DNA of 62,856 nucleotides, the filler included. It is 6 parts of 6 records of this genome, joined end to end, with 100 filler letters (N's around TTAATTAATTAA, not from the genome) between each part and the next. Parts side by side here need not be neighbours in the genome. Positions count along the whole stretch, not along the records: positions 33,714 to 62,856 come from SRR20825010_7023; 5 more parts are not named here. The stretch is one strand, 5' to 3'. The translations under genes were made by a program, and so were the position numbers. The first letter of the stretch is position 1; each line of letters opens with the position of its first letter. This document shows positions 46,467 to 56,469 of the stretch, in pieces. The notes below the pieces were generated by a model, which saw nothing but the letters and a program-made list of their open reading frames with translations, ran no database searches and was not told the DNA's origin.

Positions 46467-47174
46467 TTAGCCGCGATGAAAGCGGACGTAATCCTCCAGC
46501 GGCACGCGATCTGTAATAAGTGTGTTCTCGGCTTGCGACCAATCCGCCTTGCCGAGCGCCATACCGGCGACAACCACATCCTCTTCGCCAATCGGAACAT
46601 GGTTCCGGATCACCTTGTGGAAGGTGGCGAAAGCGGCCTGCGGGCAGGTCTCCAGTCCGTGGCTGCGGGCCAGCACCATGACGTTCTGCATGAACATGCC
46701 GAAATCGAGCCAGCTGCCGATTTCCAGCCCGCGATTGATGGTGAAGATCAGACCGACCGGCGCATCGAAGAAGGTGAAGTTCCGGGCATGCTGCGTCTTG
46801 GTTTTCTCGAAATCGCCCTTCTCGATCCCCAGTAGCCCGTAAAGCGCCCAGCCAACAGCACGGCGGCGCCCCTTGAAGGGCTCGAAGAACTCTTTCGGGT
46901 AATACTGATACTCGCCGCTATACCCGCCCTCATGGTGGGCCGCCACCAGGTCAGCGCAGAGTGCATTGCGGGCGTTGCCGGTCACGACCTCGACCTTCCA
47001 GGGTTGCATGTTCGTCCCGCTCGGCGCCCGTCCGGCGAGGTAGAGAATGCGGGCTATGGTTTCCTCGGATACCGGGTCGGGCAGGAAGGCCCGGACGGAG
47101 CGGCGCTGCGAGACGGCCTCCTCGACGGGGTTCAGGTTTTCGTATCCGGTCTCTATGATCGGTGCGTCTGTCAC
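46467..47174 (-). CDS. Nitroreductase family protein
   Basis: RRSVRAF, RAPSGTNMQPW, FFDAPV, GLETCPQ. Confidence 0.93.
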   Translation of the reverse strand: MTDAPIIETGYENLNPVEEAVSQRRSVRAFLPDPVSEETIARILYLAGRAPSGTNMQPWKVEVVTGNARNALCADLVAAHHEGGYSGEYQYYPKEFFEPFKGRRRAVGWALYGLLGIEKGDFEKTKTQHARNFTFFDAPVGLIFTINRGLEIGSWLDFGMFMQNVMVLARSHGLETCPQAAFATFHKVIRNHVPIGEEDVVVAGMALGKADWSQAENTLITDRVPLEDYVRFHRG

Positions 47175-47200
47175 TGTTCTTCTCGGGAAAATTGATCGAA

Positions 47201-48412
47201 ATGGCTGATGAACTTGCCGCCGGGCCCCTTGCGGGGCTCAGGGTGCTGGATATGACATCGGTCCTGCTTGGACCTTATGCGACGCAGATCATGGGCGACA
47301 TGGGCGCCGATGTCATCAAGGTCGAGTCTCTCGATGGCGATGTCACCCGGAACGTGACGCCCTTCAGGACACCCGGCATGGGTGCGGTCTTCATGAATGT
47401 AAACCGCAACAAGCGCTCCCTCAGCATCGATCTGAAGAATGCCGCCGCGCGGGAAGCATTCCTCAGGCTGGTGCCGGAAGCGGATGTGCTGGTCTGCTCG
47501 ATCAGGCCCGGCGCCATGCGGCGTCTCGGTCTCTCCTACGAAGACCTGAAGCCACTCAATCCCGGGCTGATCTATTGCGGCGCCTATGGCTTCAGCGAGA
47601 AAGGCCCCTATGCTGGCCGGCCCGCCTATGACGACATCATCCAGGCCGCCAGCGGCCTTGCCTCCCTGCATGAACGGGCGGACGGCGCGCCCGCCTATAG
47701 CCGCACCGTACTGGCCGACAAGGTGACCGGCCTGATGTGCCTCTCCGCCATCACCATGGCGCTGATAGCGCGCGGGCGCACCGGCAAGGGCCAGTTCGTC
47801 GAGGTGCCCATGTTCGAAAGCCTCGTCGCCTTCATGCATGTCGAGCATCTGCAAGGCGCGAGCTTCGAGCCGCCACGCGGCACGACCGGCTATGAAAGGG
47901 TGCTCGCCCCGCACCGTAAGCCGTACCGTACAAGCGACGGGCATGTCGCCCTGCTGCCCTATACGACAAGGCACTGGATCGCCTATCTCGATGCCATCGG
48001 CCGCAGCGACATCACATCCGAGAGCTGGGTCACCGATCCGGCCGAACGATCCCTCAATGTAGGCAAGCTCTATGAGATCGTCGCCGAGACCACACCGACC
48101 CGCAGCTCGGCCGAATGGCTTGCCCTGTTCAGCGAGATCGACGTCCCGGCCATGCCAGTGCTCGGCACTGAAGACCTGCTACAGGACCCTCATCTCGATG
48201 AAATCGGCTTCTGGCCCCTGTTCCAGCATCCGAGCGAGGGAGAGATCCGTATGGTCGGCCAGCCGATCCGGTTCGAGGACACACCCGCGAGCTATCGCCT
48301 CGGCGCTCCGCGCCTTGGGGAGCACAGTGCGGAAATCCTGAGCGAGGCGGGGCTTGAGGCAGCCGGGATCGAAACCTTGATCGCGGCGGGTGCCGTCAAA
48401 CAGGGTGCCTAA
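47201..48412 (+). CDS. Family III CoA-transferase (CaiB/BaiF)
   Basis: GPLAGLRVLD, MGADVIKVE, NRNKRS, RPAYDDIIQA, APRLGEH. Confidence 0.95.
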   Translation: MADELAAGPLAGLRVLDMTSVLLGPYATQIMGDMGADVIKVESLDGDVTRNVTPFRTPGMGAVFMNVNRNKRSLSIDLKNAAAREAFLRLVPEADVLVCSIRPGAMRRLGLSYEDLKPLNPGLIYCGAYGFSEKGPYAGRPAYDDIIQAASGLASLHERADGAPAYSRTVLADKVTGLMCLSAITMALIARGRTGKGQFVEVPMFESLVAFMHVEHLQGASFEPPRGTTGYERVLAPHRKPYRTSDGHVALLPYTTRHWIAYLDAIGRSDITSESWVTDPAERSLNVGKLYEIVAETTPTRSSAEWLALFSEIDVPAMPVLGTEDLLQDPHLDEIGFWPLFQHPSEGEIRMVGQPIRFEDTPASYRLGAPRLGEHSAEILSEAGLEAAGIETLIAAGAVKQGA

Positions 48413-48524
48413 GCGTACATCCGTTCCACGGAAGCATCGAACCGGTGCAATGGCCCTGCCCTTTAATCACCCCCTGCCGCGTGCTATTTGAAGACCATCA
48501 TCGATCAATGATCCGGACCTTTTC

Positions 48525-49442
48525 ATGACCGTTTCGCTTCCCGCTTCCGTGGCCGACACGCTTTCGCTGCTTGCCGAGGGCCAGTATGTCGCCGACACGC
48601 CGCTTGCCACCGCATTGCATCTGGCGCTGCAACTGAAACGGCCGCTGTTTCTTGAAGGCGAGGCTGGTGTCGGCAAGACCGAGATCGCGAAGGTCCTGTC
48701 CGAGACGCTGGGGCGGGAGCTGATCCGTCTGCAATGCTATGAAGGCCTCGACGTTTCCTCCGCCGTTTATGAGTGGAACTATTCCCGGCAGATGCTGGAA
48801 ATCCGCATGGCCGAGGCCGAGGGCGGCACCGACAGGAAGGCGCTGGCCGCCGACCTGTTCTCCGACGAATTCCTGATCAAACGCCCGATCCTGCAAGCGT
48901 TGGAGAAATCCGAGGGCGGCGCTCCGGTGCTGCTGATCGATGAGCTGGACCGGACGGATGAGCCTTTCGAGGCTTTCCTGCTGGAAGTGCTGTCCGACTA
49001 TCAGGTGACCATTCCGGAAATCGGCCCCTTCAAGGCGGAAGAGCCGCCGATTGTCATCATCACCTCGAACCGGACCCGCGAGATCCACGACGCCCTGAAG
49101 CGGCGCTGTTTCTATTACTGGGTTGATTATCCGAATGCCGAGCGCGAGTTGGAAATCCTGCGCAAGAAGGCACCGGGGGCGCCGGAAGCACTGAGCGCGC
49201 AGGTCGTCTCCTTCGTCCAGGAACTGCGCAAGATGGATCTGTTCAAGCAGCCGGGCGTTGCCGAGACCATCGACTGGACCCATGCGCTGGTGCAGCTCGA
49301 CTATCTCGCGCTCGACCCGACGGCCATCGACAACACGCTCGGCGTGCTGCTGAAGTATCAGGACGACATCCAGAAGATCCAGGGCAGCGAGGCCAATCGC
49401 ATCCTGACACAGGTGCGCAGCGAATTGGCCATGGCCGGTTAG
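48525..49442 (+). CDS. MoxR-family AAA+ ATPase (CoxD-like)
   Basis: GEAGVGKT, RLQCYEG, LLIDELD, TSNRTREIHDALKRRC. Confidence 0.93.
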   Translation: MTVSLPASVADTLSLLAEGQYVADTPLATALHLALQLKRPLFLEGEAGVGKTEIAKVLSETLGRELIRLQCYEGLDVSSAVYEWNYSRQMLEIRMAEAEGGTDRKALAADLFSDEFLIKRPILQALEKSEGGAPVLLIDELDRTDEPFEAFLLEVLSDYQVTIPEIGPFKAEEPPIVIITSNRTREIHDALKRRCFYYWVDYPNAERELEILRKKAPGAPEALSAQVVSFVQELRKMDLFKQPGVAETIDWTHALVQLDYLALDPTAIDNTLGVLLKYQDDIQKIQGSEANRILTQVRSELAMAG

Positions 49443-49449
49443 GACGCCC

Positions 49450-50766
49450 ATGGCGCCGCTCGACGAAAAAGGACCGCCCGAGGATCGCTCGTCCCTGCCG
49501 GAAACACCGGAAGGGCCCGGCGGCAAGCTGGTCGACAATATCCTTTTCTTTGCCCGCGTTCTGCGCGCGGCGGGGCTGCCTGTCGGCCCCGGTAAGGTGC
49601 TGGACGCCATCGAAGCGGTGCGCACCGTCGGCATTACCGACCGGACAATCTTCTACTGGGCGCTTCACGCAGTGTTCGTGAACCGTCGCGACCAGCGCGA
49701 GATCTTCGATCAGGCGTTCCACATCTTCTGGCGTAACCCGCGCATCCTCGAGAAGATGATGCAGATGGTGCTGCCGGAGATGAAACTGGCAACCGACGGC
49801 AGCGAGGACGAGGCGGAGCAGATCAGCCGCCGCGTTGCAGAAGCGCTGAGTCAGCAGCAGGAAACCGGCACGGAAAGCAGCGCGCCGGAAGAGGACAGCG
49901 AACAGGAAATCCAGCTCGACGCGGTGATGACCTATTCCGAGCAGGAATTGCTGCAGGGCATGGATTTCGAGAAGATGAGCGCGGAGGAAATCCGTGCCGC
50001 GCACCGGGCCATAGAGAAGATGCACCTGCCGCTGGCGGACATTCCGACCCGCCGCTTCTCGCCCAGCCGGTATGGCGACAAGGTCGATCTGCGCGCCACC
50101 CTGCGCCAGGCACTGCGCTCCGGCGGAGACAGTATTCCTCTGCAGCTGAAGAAACGCCGGACACGGCCGCCGCCGCTGGTTGTCCTGTGCGACATTTCCG
50201 GCTCAATGACACGCTATTCACGCATGCTGCTGCATTTCATGCATGCTGTGACCAACGACCGGGACCGGGTGCACACCTTCCTGTTCGGCACCCGCCTGAC
50301 CAATGTCACCCGCTATCTCCGGCACAAGGACGTGGACGAGGCACTGGACAAGATCAGCGGTGCGGTGGAGGATTGGTCCGGCGGCACCCGGATCGGGCAT
50401 AGCCTTCAGGACTTCAACCGTGACTGGTCCCGCCGGGTTCTTACCCAGGGAGCGGTCGTTCTGCTCATCACCGACGGTCTCGACCGGGAAGCCGGCAAGG
50501 GCCTTGGTGCTGAAATGGAACGACTGCATAAGTCCTGTCGCAGGCTGATCTGGCTGAACCCGCTGTTGCGGTACGATGGCTTCGCCCCCAAATCACTGGG
50601 GGTGCGGGCCTTGTTGCCGCATGTGGACGAATTCCGGCCGGTACATTCGCTCGACAGCCTTGAGGATCTCGCAGAGCTGTTGGGCAAACCCGCCGGAATA
50701 AGACGGAGCGGCATGTCAGGCTGGCTCGGAAAACTGGCCGAGATCGAAGCGGCGGAGGTGGCATAG
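49450..50766 (+). CDS. VWA domain protein (CoxE-like)
   Basis: DISGSM MIDAS, FGTRLT, WSGGTRIG, WLNPL. Confidence 0.92.
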   Translation: MAPLDEKGPPEDRSSLPETPEGPGGKLVDNILFFARVLRAAGLPVGPGKVLDAIEAVRTVGITDRTIFYWALHAVFVNRRDQREIFDQAFHIFWRNPRILEKMMQMVLPEMKLATDGSEDEAEQISRRVAEALSQQQETGTESSAPEEDSEQEIQLDAVMTYSEQELLQGMDFEKMSAEEIRAAHRAIEKMHLPLADIPTRRFSPSRYGDKVDLRATLRQALRSGGDSIPLQLKKRRTRPPPLVVLCDISGSMTRYSRMLLHFMHAVTNDRDRVHTFLFGTRLTNVTRYLRHKDVDEALDKISGAVEDWSGGTRIGHSLQDFNRDWSRRVLTQGAVVLLITDGLDREAGKGLGAEMERLHKSCRRLIWLNPLLRYDGFAPKSLGVRALLPHVDEFRPVHSLDSLEDLAELLGKPAGIRRSGMSGWLGKLAEIEAAEVA

Positions 50767-50824
50767 GGAGCCCCCTCTCTGCACGCGGACCTGGGACAGG
50801 TCCTTGATGGGAAGGAGACCGGCA

Positions 50825-51166
50825 ATGGACAGATACGATCCTGCACAGCAGGACGATATTCTTGGACGGATCGCCGAATGGCGGCGCGACGGGCGCCGCA
50901 TTGCGGTGGCAACGGTTATCAAAACCTGGGGAAGCTCTCCGCGTCCGGTGGGCAGTCAACTCGCCATAGACGATAGCGGGGCCATGATCGGCTCGGTTTC
51001 CGGTGGCTGCATCGAGGGCGCTGTGGTGCGCGAGGCAATGCAGTCCATTCAGGACGGCAAGCCCCGGACACTGGATTTCGGGGTCAGCGACGAGCAGGCC
51101 TGGGATGTAGGGCTCGCCTGTGGCGGTGAGGTAAAAGTTTACGTGGAACGGATCGAAGGACAATAA
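50825..51166 (+). CDS. XdhC/CoxI N-terminal domain protein
   Basis: TWGSSPRPVG, GSVSGGCIE, GLACGG. Confidence 0.92.
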   Translation: MDRYDPAQQDDILGRIAEWRRDGRRIAVATVIKTWGSSPRPVGSQLAIDDSGAMIGSVSGGCIEGAVVREAMQSIQDGKPRTLDFGVSDEQAWDVGLACGGEVKVYVERIEGQ

Positions 51167-51167
51167 G

Positions 51168-51875
51168 ATGCAAGCCGAGCTGTTCGACGCCCTGATGGTA
51201 TATCGGGAGCAAAAGACGCCCGTCGCCATGGTCACACGCCTCGAGGATGGCGTGCAGGCACTGGTCACGCCGTCCGGCACGGAAGGTGTGCTCGAGCTTT
51301 CGAGCGCCCGGGTCGACGAAGCGCGCACCCGCATGCGGGACGACCGTAGCGGCATCAGCGCGGACAGCACCCACTTCACCCATGTGCACAACCCGCCACT
51401 GCGCATGATCATCGTCGGCGCCGTTCATATCAGCCAGTTGCTGGCACCGATGGCAGCGCTCTCCGGCTATGCGGTCTCCATCATCGATCCCCGTGCTTCC
51501 TTCGCGACCGAGGACCGGTTCCCCGGCGTGGAGCTGAGCGACGACTGGCCGGACGAAGCCATGGAAGCCATGAAGCCGGATAGCCGGACAGCCATCATCA
51601 CCTTGACCCACGATCCCAAGCTGGACGACCCGGCCCTGCATGTCGCGCTGAGGAGCGAAGCCTTCTATATCGCCTGCCTCGGCAGCAAGCAGACCCATGC
51701 ACGGCGCCTGGAGCGGCTGCGCGGGGAAGGTTTCACCGATGCCGACTTCCGGCGCCTCAACGGTCCCGCGGGCCTGCCCATCGGCGCCGTCTCCCCGGCA
51801 GAGATCGCCATATCGGTGATGGCGGAGATGACCGCCGTCAAACACGGAGCCGAACCGCTCAAAGCCGCGGCCTGA
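51168..51875 (+). CDS. XdhC/CoxF C-terminal (Rossmann) domain protein
   Basis: IVGAVHI, IDPR, THDPKLDD, LGSK, GLPIGAVSPAEIA. Confidence 0.92.
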   Translation: MQAELFDALMVYREQKTPVAMVTRLEDGVQALVTPSGTEGVLELSSARVDEARTRMRDDRSGISADSTHFTHVHNPPLRMIIVGAVHISQLLAPMAALSGYAVSIIDPRASFATEDRFPGVELSDDWPDEAMEAMKPDSRTAIITLTHDPKLDDPALHVALRSEAFYIACLGSKQTHARRLERLRGEGFTDADFRRLNGPAGLPIGAVSPAEIAISVMAEMTAVKHGAEPLKAAA

Positions 51876-51882
51876 GGCGCAT

Positions 51883-53541
51883 ATGTATTTCGGTGAACTG
51901 CCAGTCTCGGAGGCTGAAGGCGCAATCCTTGCTCACAGCCGCCGGCTGGAAGGCCGGGCGCTCAAGAAGGGCCGTGTGCTTGATACGGACGACCTTGCTG
52001 CCCTAAAGGCGGCTGGTATCGAACGGATCGTCTGCGCCCGCCTCGATGATGGCGACATTCCCGAAGACAAAGCCGCGGATCTGCTGGCGACCGCCTGTTG
52101 CGGCACTCAGGTCCGTGTCGGTCCGGCCTTTACCGGGCGCGCAAACCTGTTCGCCGAAGCAGACGGCATTGTCCTGTACGACCCGGACCGGCTCGACAGC
52201 TTCAATCTGGTTGACGAGACCATCACCCTTGGGCTGGTACAGCCCTATCAGGCCGTGACGCAAGGCCAGATGATCGGCACGCTGAAAATCATCCCTTTCG
52301 CCGTGCCCGAAAGCCCCGTTCGGATTGCCGAAGCGCTGGCGGGCCAGGAAACACCGCTCTTGCGGGTGGCCCCGTTCCAGCCCCGCGATACGATCATGAT
52401 CCAGTCCCGGTTGCCGGGCACCAAGGAAAGCGTGCTCGACAGCACGCTGCGCGTGACAACGGACCGTTTGGCCGCACTTGGCGCCGGGCTGGTATCGGAA
52501 TCCCGCTGCGAGCACGATCATGATTCCCTCACAAATGCGTTGCGCCGTGCCGTTTCCGCAAAACCGGAGCTGATCCTAGTCTCCGGAGCCTCCGCCGTCG
52601 TTGATCGGCGGGATGTCATCCCGGGCGCCATCGAAAGTATTGGCGGCGAGATCCTGCATTTCGGCATGCCTGTCGATCCCGGAAACCTGATGCTGATCGG
52701 CAGCATCGGCAAAATCCCCGTGATCGGCATGCCTGGCTGCGCCCGCTCCCCCAAACTGAACGGTTTCGACTGGGCCTTGCAGCGGATCTGCGCCGGCCTC
52801 GAGATTCAACCGCGTGACATTATGCGCATGGGTGCCGGCGGCCTGCTGAAGGACGTTCCGCACCGCCCCCTGCCCCGGGCCAGCGCCAAGCGTACGGATC
52901 CGGCCCCCGCTTCTCGAAAACCGGCGGAGAGCCGTCCGGAAATTGCCGCTATTCTGCTGGCGGCCGGGCAATCTTCCCGCATGGGCGCAACAAACAAACT
53001 TCTCGGTACGCTGGACGGCAAACCGCTGGTCCGCTGGGTGGCGGAAGCCGTTCTTGCATCCACGGCGGGCCGCCTCATCGTCGTGACCGGCCACGAGGCG
53101 GAAAAGGTCACAGCCGCCCTCTCCGGTCTGGACGCGGAGTTCGTGCATAACCCGCACTACGCCCAGGGAATGAGCACCAGCGTCAAGGCGGGCTTTTCCG
53201 CCCTGCCCGAAGGCACGGATGCCGCACTCGTCTGTCTCGGCGACATGCCGAGCATCACCGCACACATGCTGGATGTCCTGATCTCTGCCTATGATCCGGT
53301 TGAGGGGAGGGCCATTGTGGTGCCTGTCCATGCCGGCAAGCGCGGCAACCCGATCCTGTGGGATCATCGCTTCTTCGAGGAAATGCAGGAGCTGGAAGGC
53401 GACAAGGGCGCGCGGGGTCTGCTTGCGGAATTCGCCCATCTGGTTGCCGAAGTGGATGTTCCGGACAATGCTGTCCACCTTGATATCGACACCCCGGAAA
53501 TGCTGGCAAACGCCGGCGGCACGCTTGAGAAAGCGGAGTAA
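51883..53541 (+). CDS. Molybdopterin-binding (MoeA-like) + Moco cytidylyltransferase (MocA-like) fusion
   Basis: GMPVDPGNL/GMPGCARSP N-part; LLAAGQSSRMG..NKLL, LGDMP, GNP, GDKGAR, DIDTPE C-part. Confidence 0.9.
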   Translation: MYFGELPVSEAEGAILAHSRRLEGRALKKGRVLDTDDLAALKAAGIERIVCARLDDGDIPEDKAADLLATACCGTQVRVGPAFTGRANLFAEADGIVLYDPDRLDSFNLVDETITLGLVQPYQAVTQGQMIGTLKIIPFAVPESPVRIAEALAGQETPLLRVAPFQPRDTIMIQSRLPGTKESVLDSTLRVTTDRLAALGAGLVSESRCEHDHDSLTNALRRAVSAKPELILVSGASAVVDRRDVIPGAIESIGGEILHFGMPVDPGNLMLIGSIGKIPVIGMPGCARSPKLNGFDWALQRICAGLEIQPRDIMRMGAGGLLKDVPHRPLPRASAKRTDPAPASRKPAESRPEIAAILLAAGQSSRMGATNKLLGTLDGKPLVRWVAEAVLASTAGRLIVVTGHEAEKVTAALSGLDAEFVHNPHYAQGMSTSVKAGFSALPEGTDAALVCLGDMPSITAHMLDVLISAYDPVEGRAIVVPVHAGKRGNPILWDHRFFEEMQELEGDKGARGLLAEFAHLVAEVDVPDNAVHLDIDTPEMLANAGGTLEKAE

Positions 53542-53542
53542 G

Positions 53543-53980
53543 ATGAGCGACGCCCTCTATCAAGCGGAGATCCTACGGCTGGCCAAGGAAGGCCGGGGCA
53601 ATCAACGACTCGAGGATGCCGACGGCAGCGCCCGCGTCGACAACCCGCTCTGCGGGGATCGGGTGACTGTCGATCTGAAGATGCAGGACGGAAAAATCAC
53701 TGGAGTCGGGCACCGTGTGCAGGGATGCGCGCTCTGCGAAGCGTCCGCCGCCCTGATCAGATTAAACGCCCCGGGACGGAACTTGGGCGAGCTGGAGACA
53801 GTGCGCCAACAGCTTCTGGATTATCTCTCGGGAACCGGGGAAGACGGCCTTGATTGGCCTGAACTGGAGAGCTTTGCGCCGGTCAGGGATTTCAAGTCAC
53901 GGCATGACTGCGTGCGTCTGCCGTTCGATGCAGCGCTTAATGCCCTGAAAGACGCTCTGGAGAAAAACCCCGCATTCTAG
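53543..53980 (+). CDS. IscU/SufU-like Fe-S scaffold or sulfur-transfer protein
   Basis: NPLCGDRV, GCALCEASA, SRHDCV; starts 1 nt after the MocA-fusion stop. Confidence 0.85.
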   Translation: MSDALYQAEILRLAKEGRGNQRLEDADGSARVDNPLCGDRVTVDLKMQDGKITGVGHRVQGCALCEASAALIRLNAPGRNLGELETVRQQLLDYLSGTGEDGLDWPELESFAPVRDFKSRHDCVRLPFDAALNALKDALEKNPAF

Positions 53981-53993
53981 GCGCGCCAGTGCC

Positions 53994-54431
53994 CTAAGCG
54001 AGAATGTCGATGGTTTCTTCGAGAAGCTCGTCACCGGTCCGGAGGACCGCCACATTCGCTTCAAGCTGACGCTGGGCCTGGATCAGATTCACCGTTTCGT
54101 CGGCGATCGACACATTCGCCACCGAGGAAATACCGTCCGCATTCGCGTCCGGCGCGCTGGGATTGTAGATCGGGAAGGATGCCGGATCGACCAGCGATGT
54201 CTGCGTCCGCACGCCGCCGCCGCCGGTCGTGGTGGACTGGATCTCCGTCGGACGAAAGATCGTCTCGCCATTGGCATTGGTTTCGGGGACCGGCTGACCC
54301 GGGCGCAGAACCTCATCCGCCGGCGCCGCGACGCTGGAGATGTTCGCGAGATTGCCGGCCACGTTACGGGTCTGGTTGCCCGCCGCGAGGATGCCGCTCA
54401 CCGCTGTGTTCAATGCACCTGAAATGCTCAT
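53994..54431 (-). CDS. Orphan flagellar basal-body rod FlgC-like protein
   Basis: ALNTAVSG...AGNLAN N-term, YNPSAPDANADG, NV..ADETVNLI.AQRQLEAN...IDI C-term. Confidence 0.8.
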   Translation of the reverse strand: MSISGALNTAVSGILAAGNQTRNVAGNLANISSVAAPADEVLRPGQPVPETNANGETIFRPTEIQSTTTGGGGVRTQTSLVDPASFPIYNPSAPDANADGISSVANVSIADETVNLIQAQRQLEANVAVLRTGDELLEETIDILA

Positions 54432-54583
54432 GCGCCTACCAATAATCCAATTGCCTTAAAAAATAGTTTCCAGCGGCCATTTTTACAAGCAGGAACCCTG
54501 CATGGACCGTCGCGTGCGCCATCTGCCGTAACGTGTTATGTGAGAAAGATCATTTCGGATGAACGAAGGGATCGCGCACCGGT

Positions 54584-55348
54584 ATGGACAAACGGCTCTT
54601 CCGTACTGGCTGGCACTCCGGCCTTCTGCTTGCGTTGCTCGTGTCGTTTCTCGTCGCGGCCACACCGGCCCGGGCGCAATCCATCCAGTGGTACATTGAG
54701 GTTCTGACGGACCCGATTACCAAGGCCCCCATTCTCGAAGCCCGCATCCTGTCGCGCCGCGGTTACCGCTTTCATCTGATGAAGCGGGACGACAACTCGC
54801 TCTGGGCTGAATTCAGGATGCCCCGTCACGTCGAGAAAATGATCAGCCGAAAACGGCTTCCGACCTACTGGATAGACGGCAACGATCCGGTCAATCTCGA
54901 AGCCCTGAAAGAGCTGGAGGTCGGCTTCAAGCCGACGCTTTACGAGATTAGCGAGAAAGGCGTTCAGTTCATTCTGTGGGGCGCCCTGAAAAAGGGACAG
55001 GTGCCGCCGCCACTACGGAACTTCATGCTCGGCGAGACTCTGCATGTCCGCTATTGGACCTCAACCGGCGAGATGGAACAGGCCGAAATTCCTCTGAAGC
55101 GCGCGAACGAGGCGATTGCACAGATGCTGAACATCGCACCGCTCAACCGGGCTCCGGAAGCTACACCGCAACGCCGGAACGAGACATTTGAAACTCTGGC
55201 CCGGCATTATCTCGATTTTTGCGAGGAACTCCGGTTCGTCGGCAGCGATACGGATTACGGAACCTGCCGCAACCGCTTTGTCAGCTGCAGTGAAAGCCCG
55301 GACCAGTCCGAAGAAAGCTTCAAATCTTGTTTGAACAAAGAAGAATAA
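54584..55348 (+). CDS. Hypothetical exported protein
   Basis: Signal peptide (ARA-Q), C-terminal Cys cluster; fills the gap between two genes. Confidence 0.7.
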   Translation: MDKRLFRTGWHSGLLLALLVSFLVAATPARAQSIQWYIEVLTDPITKAPILEARILSRRGYRFHLMKRDDNSLWAEFRMPRHVEKMISRKRLPTYWIDGNDPVNLEALKELEVGFKPTLYEISEKGVQFILWGALKKGQVPPPLRNFMLGETLHVRYWTSTGEMEQAEIPLKRANEAIAQMLNIAPLNRAPEATPQRRNETFETLARHYLDFCEELRFVGSDTDYGTCRNRFVSCSESPDQSEESFKSCLNKEE

Positions 55349-55356
55349 TTTATTGA

Positions 55357-56469
55357 TTATATTGAAATATCAAGCCTGGAAGAAGTCGGCACAGGAGAGA
55401 AGTCAAACGGTGACAGACCTTCGCGTTCAAAGAAGGAAGAGCCTGACTGTCGATCATCGCCCTGGCCCGCTTCCGTCACCCCGAAAGCACTCGCCGAAGT
55501 GACGGAGAAGGCGCCGCTGTCATCAGCGGCGCTTGTATCCGCGAATGGCGACACTCTCTCGGGGGCAAATGGACTACTGCTTATTCCAGAGGTTTCCGAG
55601 CCGCCCTGTCCGGCTGCTCCAGCTGCCGCCCCGGAGCCAGAGTCTCCCGGCACCGATGCCGTCCCGGAGATGCCCTCCGCCGCTTCATTCGGCTCACCAT
55701 CAGTATTGAGCTCCTCAAGAGCTTCGGTCACTTCCTGCGCCTTTTCCGCCCTTGCCTGCTGAATTCCCTGGCTCGCGCGGGCGGCAATGGCCTGATCCGC
55801 CGCCGATGGCTCCGCCGGAGCGAGCGCGGCATTGCGAACCTGCTGCAGCTTCCGAATCGTCGCATCCGGATCACCCGCAACCGGGCTGGTTTCAATCGGC
55901 ACTTCGCCACCAACAGCATAGCGCCGCCCGTCCGGCCCGGCCTGATAGGTGTAGGATATAGATCCGGCATACTGACCGCCGGCGGCCTTGTGCGCCTGCT
56001 CGTGGCGCCGGACCTCGGTATCGCGTTCCTTGAGATCGTCGACGGTTTCCTGCTCTTCCTCGGTCAGACCGTTCGCGCCCTCTTCCTCTTCCGAGCCGGC
56101 TTCCTGCGCCTGCTCACCTTCCGGACCAGACGCCTCACCGGCAACCGGATCAGAAGGTTCCGCAATCGACGTGCGCTCCTCCTCACCTTCTCGGCTGCCG
56201 TTTTCTTCCTGTACTGCGGCAATGTTCCGGGGCGCCAACAGGCCATTCAGGCCGGAGACAAAAAACGGGCCCTCGTCGCCACCATCGGTCTCTTCACCCT
56301 GGCCGAACGGTGCCAATACGGATGAAGCCGTCAGCCCTATCGCTGTCGACGCACCAGTCCTGCCTATCGGGTTTTGCGGATTGTCTTCATCGCCCTGAGA
56401 GATCAGGCCAGCAGTGGAAATTGTGCTGTTGATCCGTACGATAAGACTTGTTTCGACGCCAGAGACCAT
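55357..56469 (-). CDS. SprA-related putative metalloprotease (HExxH)
   Basis: LKERDTEVRRHEQAH..GG, GPDGRRYAVGGEV, AALAPAEPSAAD. Confidence 0.88.
   Translation of the reverse strand: MVSGVETSLIVRINSTISTAGLISQGDEDNPQNPIGRTGASTAIGLTASSVLAPFGQGEETDGGDEGPFFVSGLNGLLAPRNIAAVQEENGSREGEEERTSIAEPSDPVAGEASGPEGEQAQEAGSEEEEGANGLTEEEQETVDDLKERDTEVRRHEQAHKAAGGQYAGSISYTYQAGPDGRRYAVGGEVPIETSPVAGDPDATIRKLQQVRNAALAPAEPSAADQAIAARASQGIQQARAEKAQEVTEALEELNTDGEPNEAAEGISGTASVPGDSGSGAAAGAAGQGGSETSGISSSPFAPERVSPFADTSAADDSGAFSVTSASAFGVTEAGQGDDRQSGSSFFEREGLSPFDFSPVPTSSRLDISI

Noticed and set aside
48525-51875. Evidence for aerobic CO oxidation (cox genes)
   Set aside because: Only accessory genes are present, with no coxL/M/S; they serve many Mo-hydroxylases
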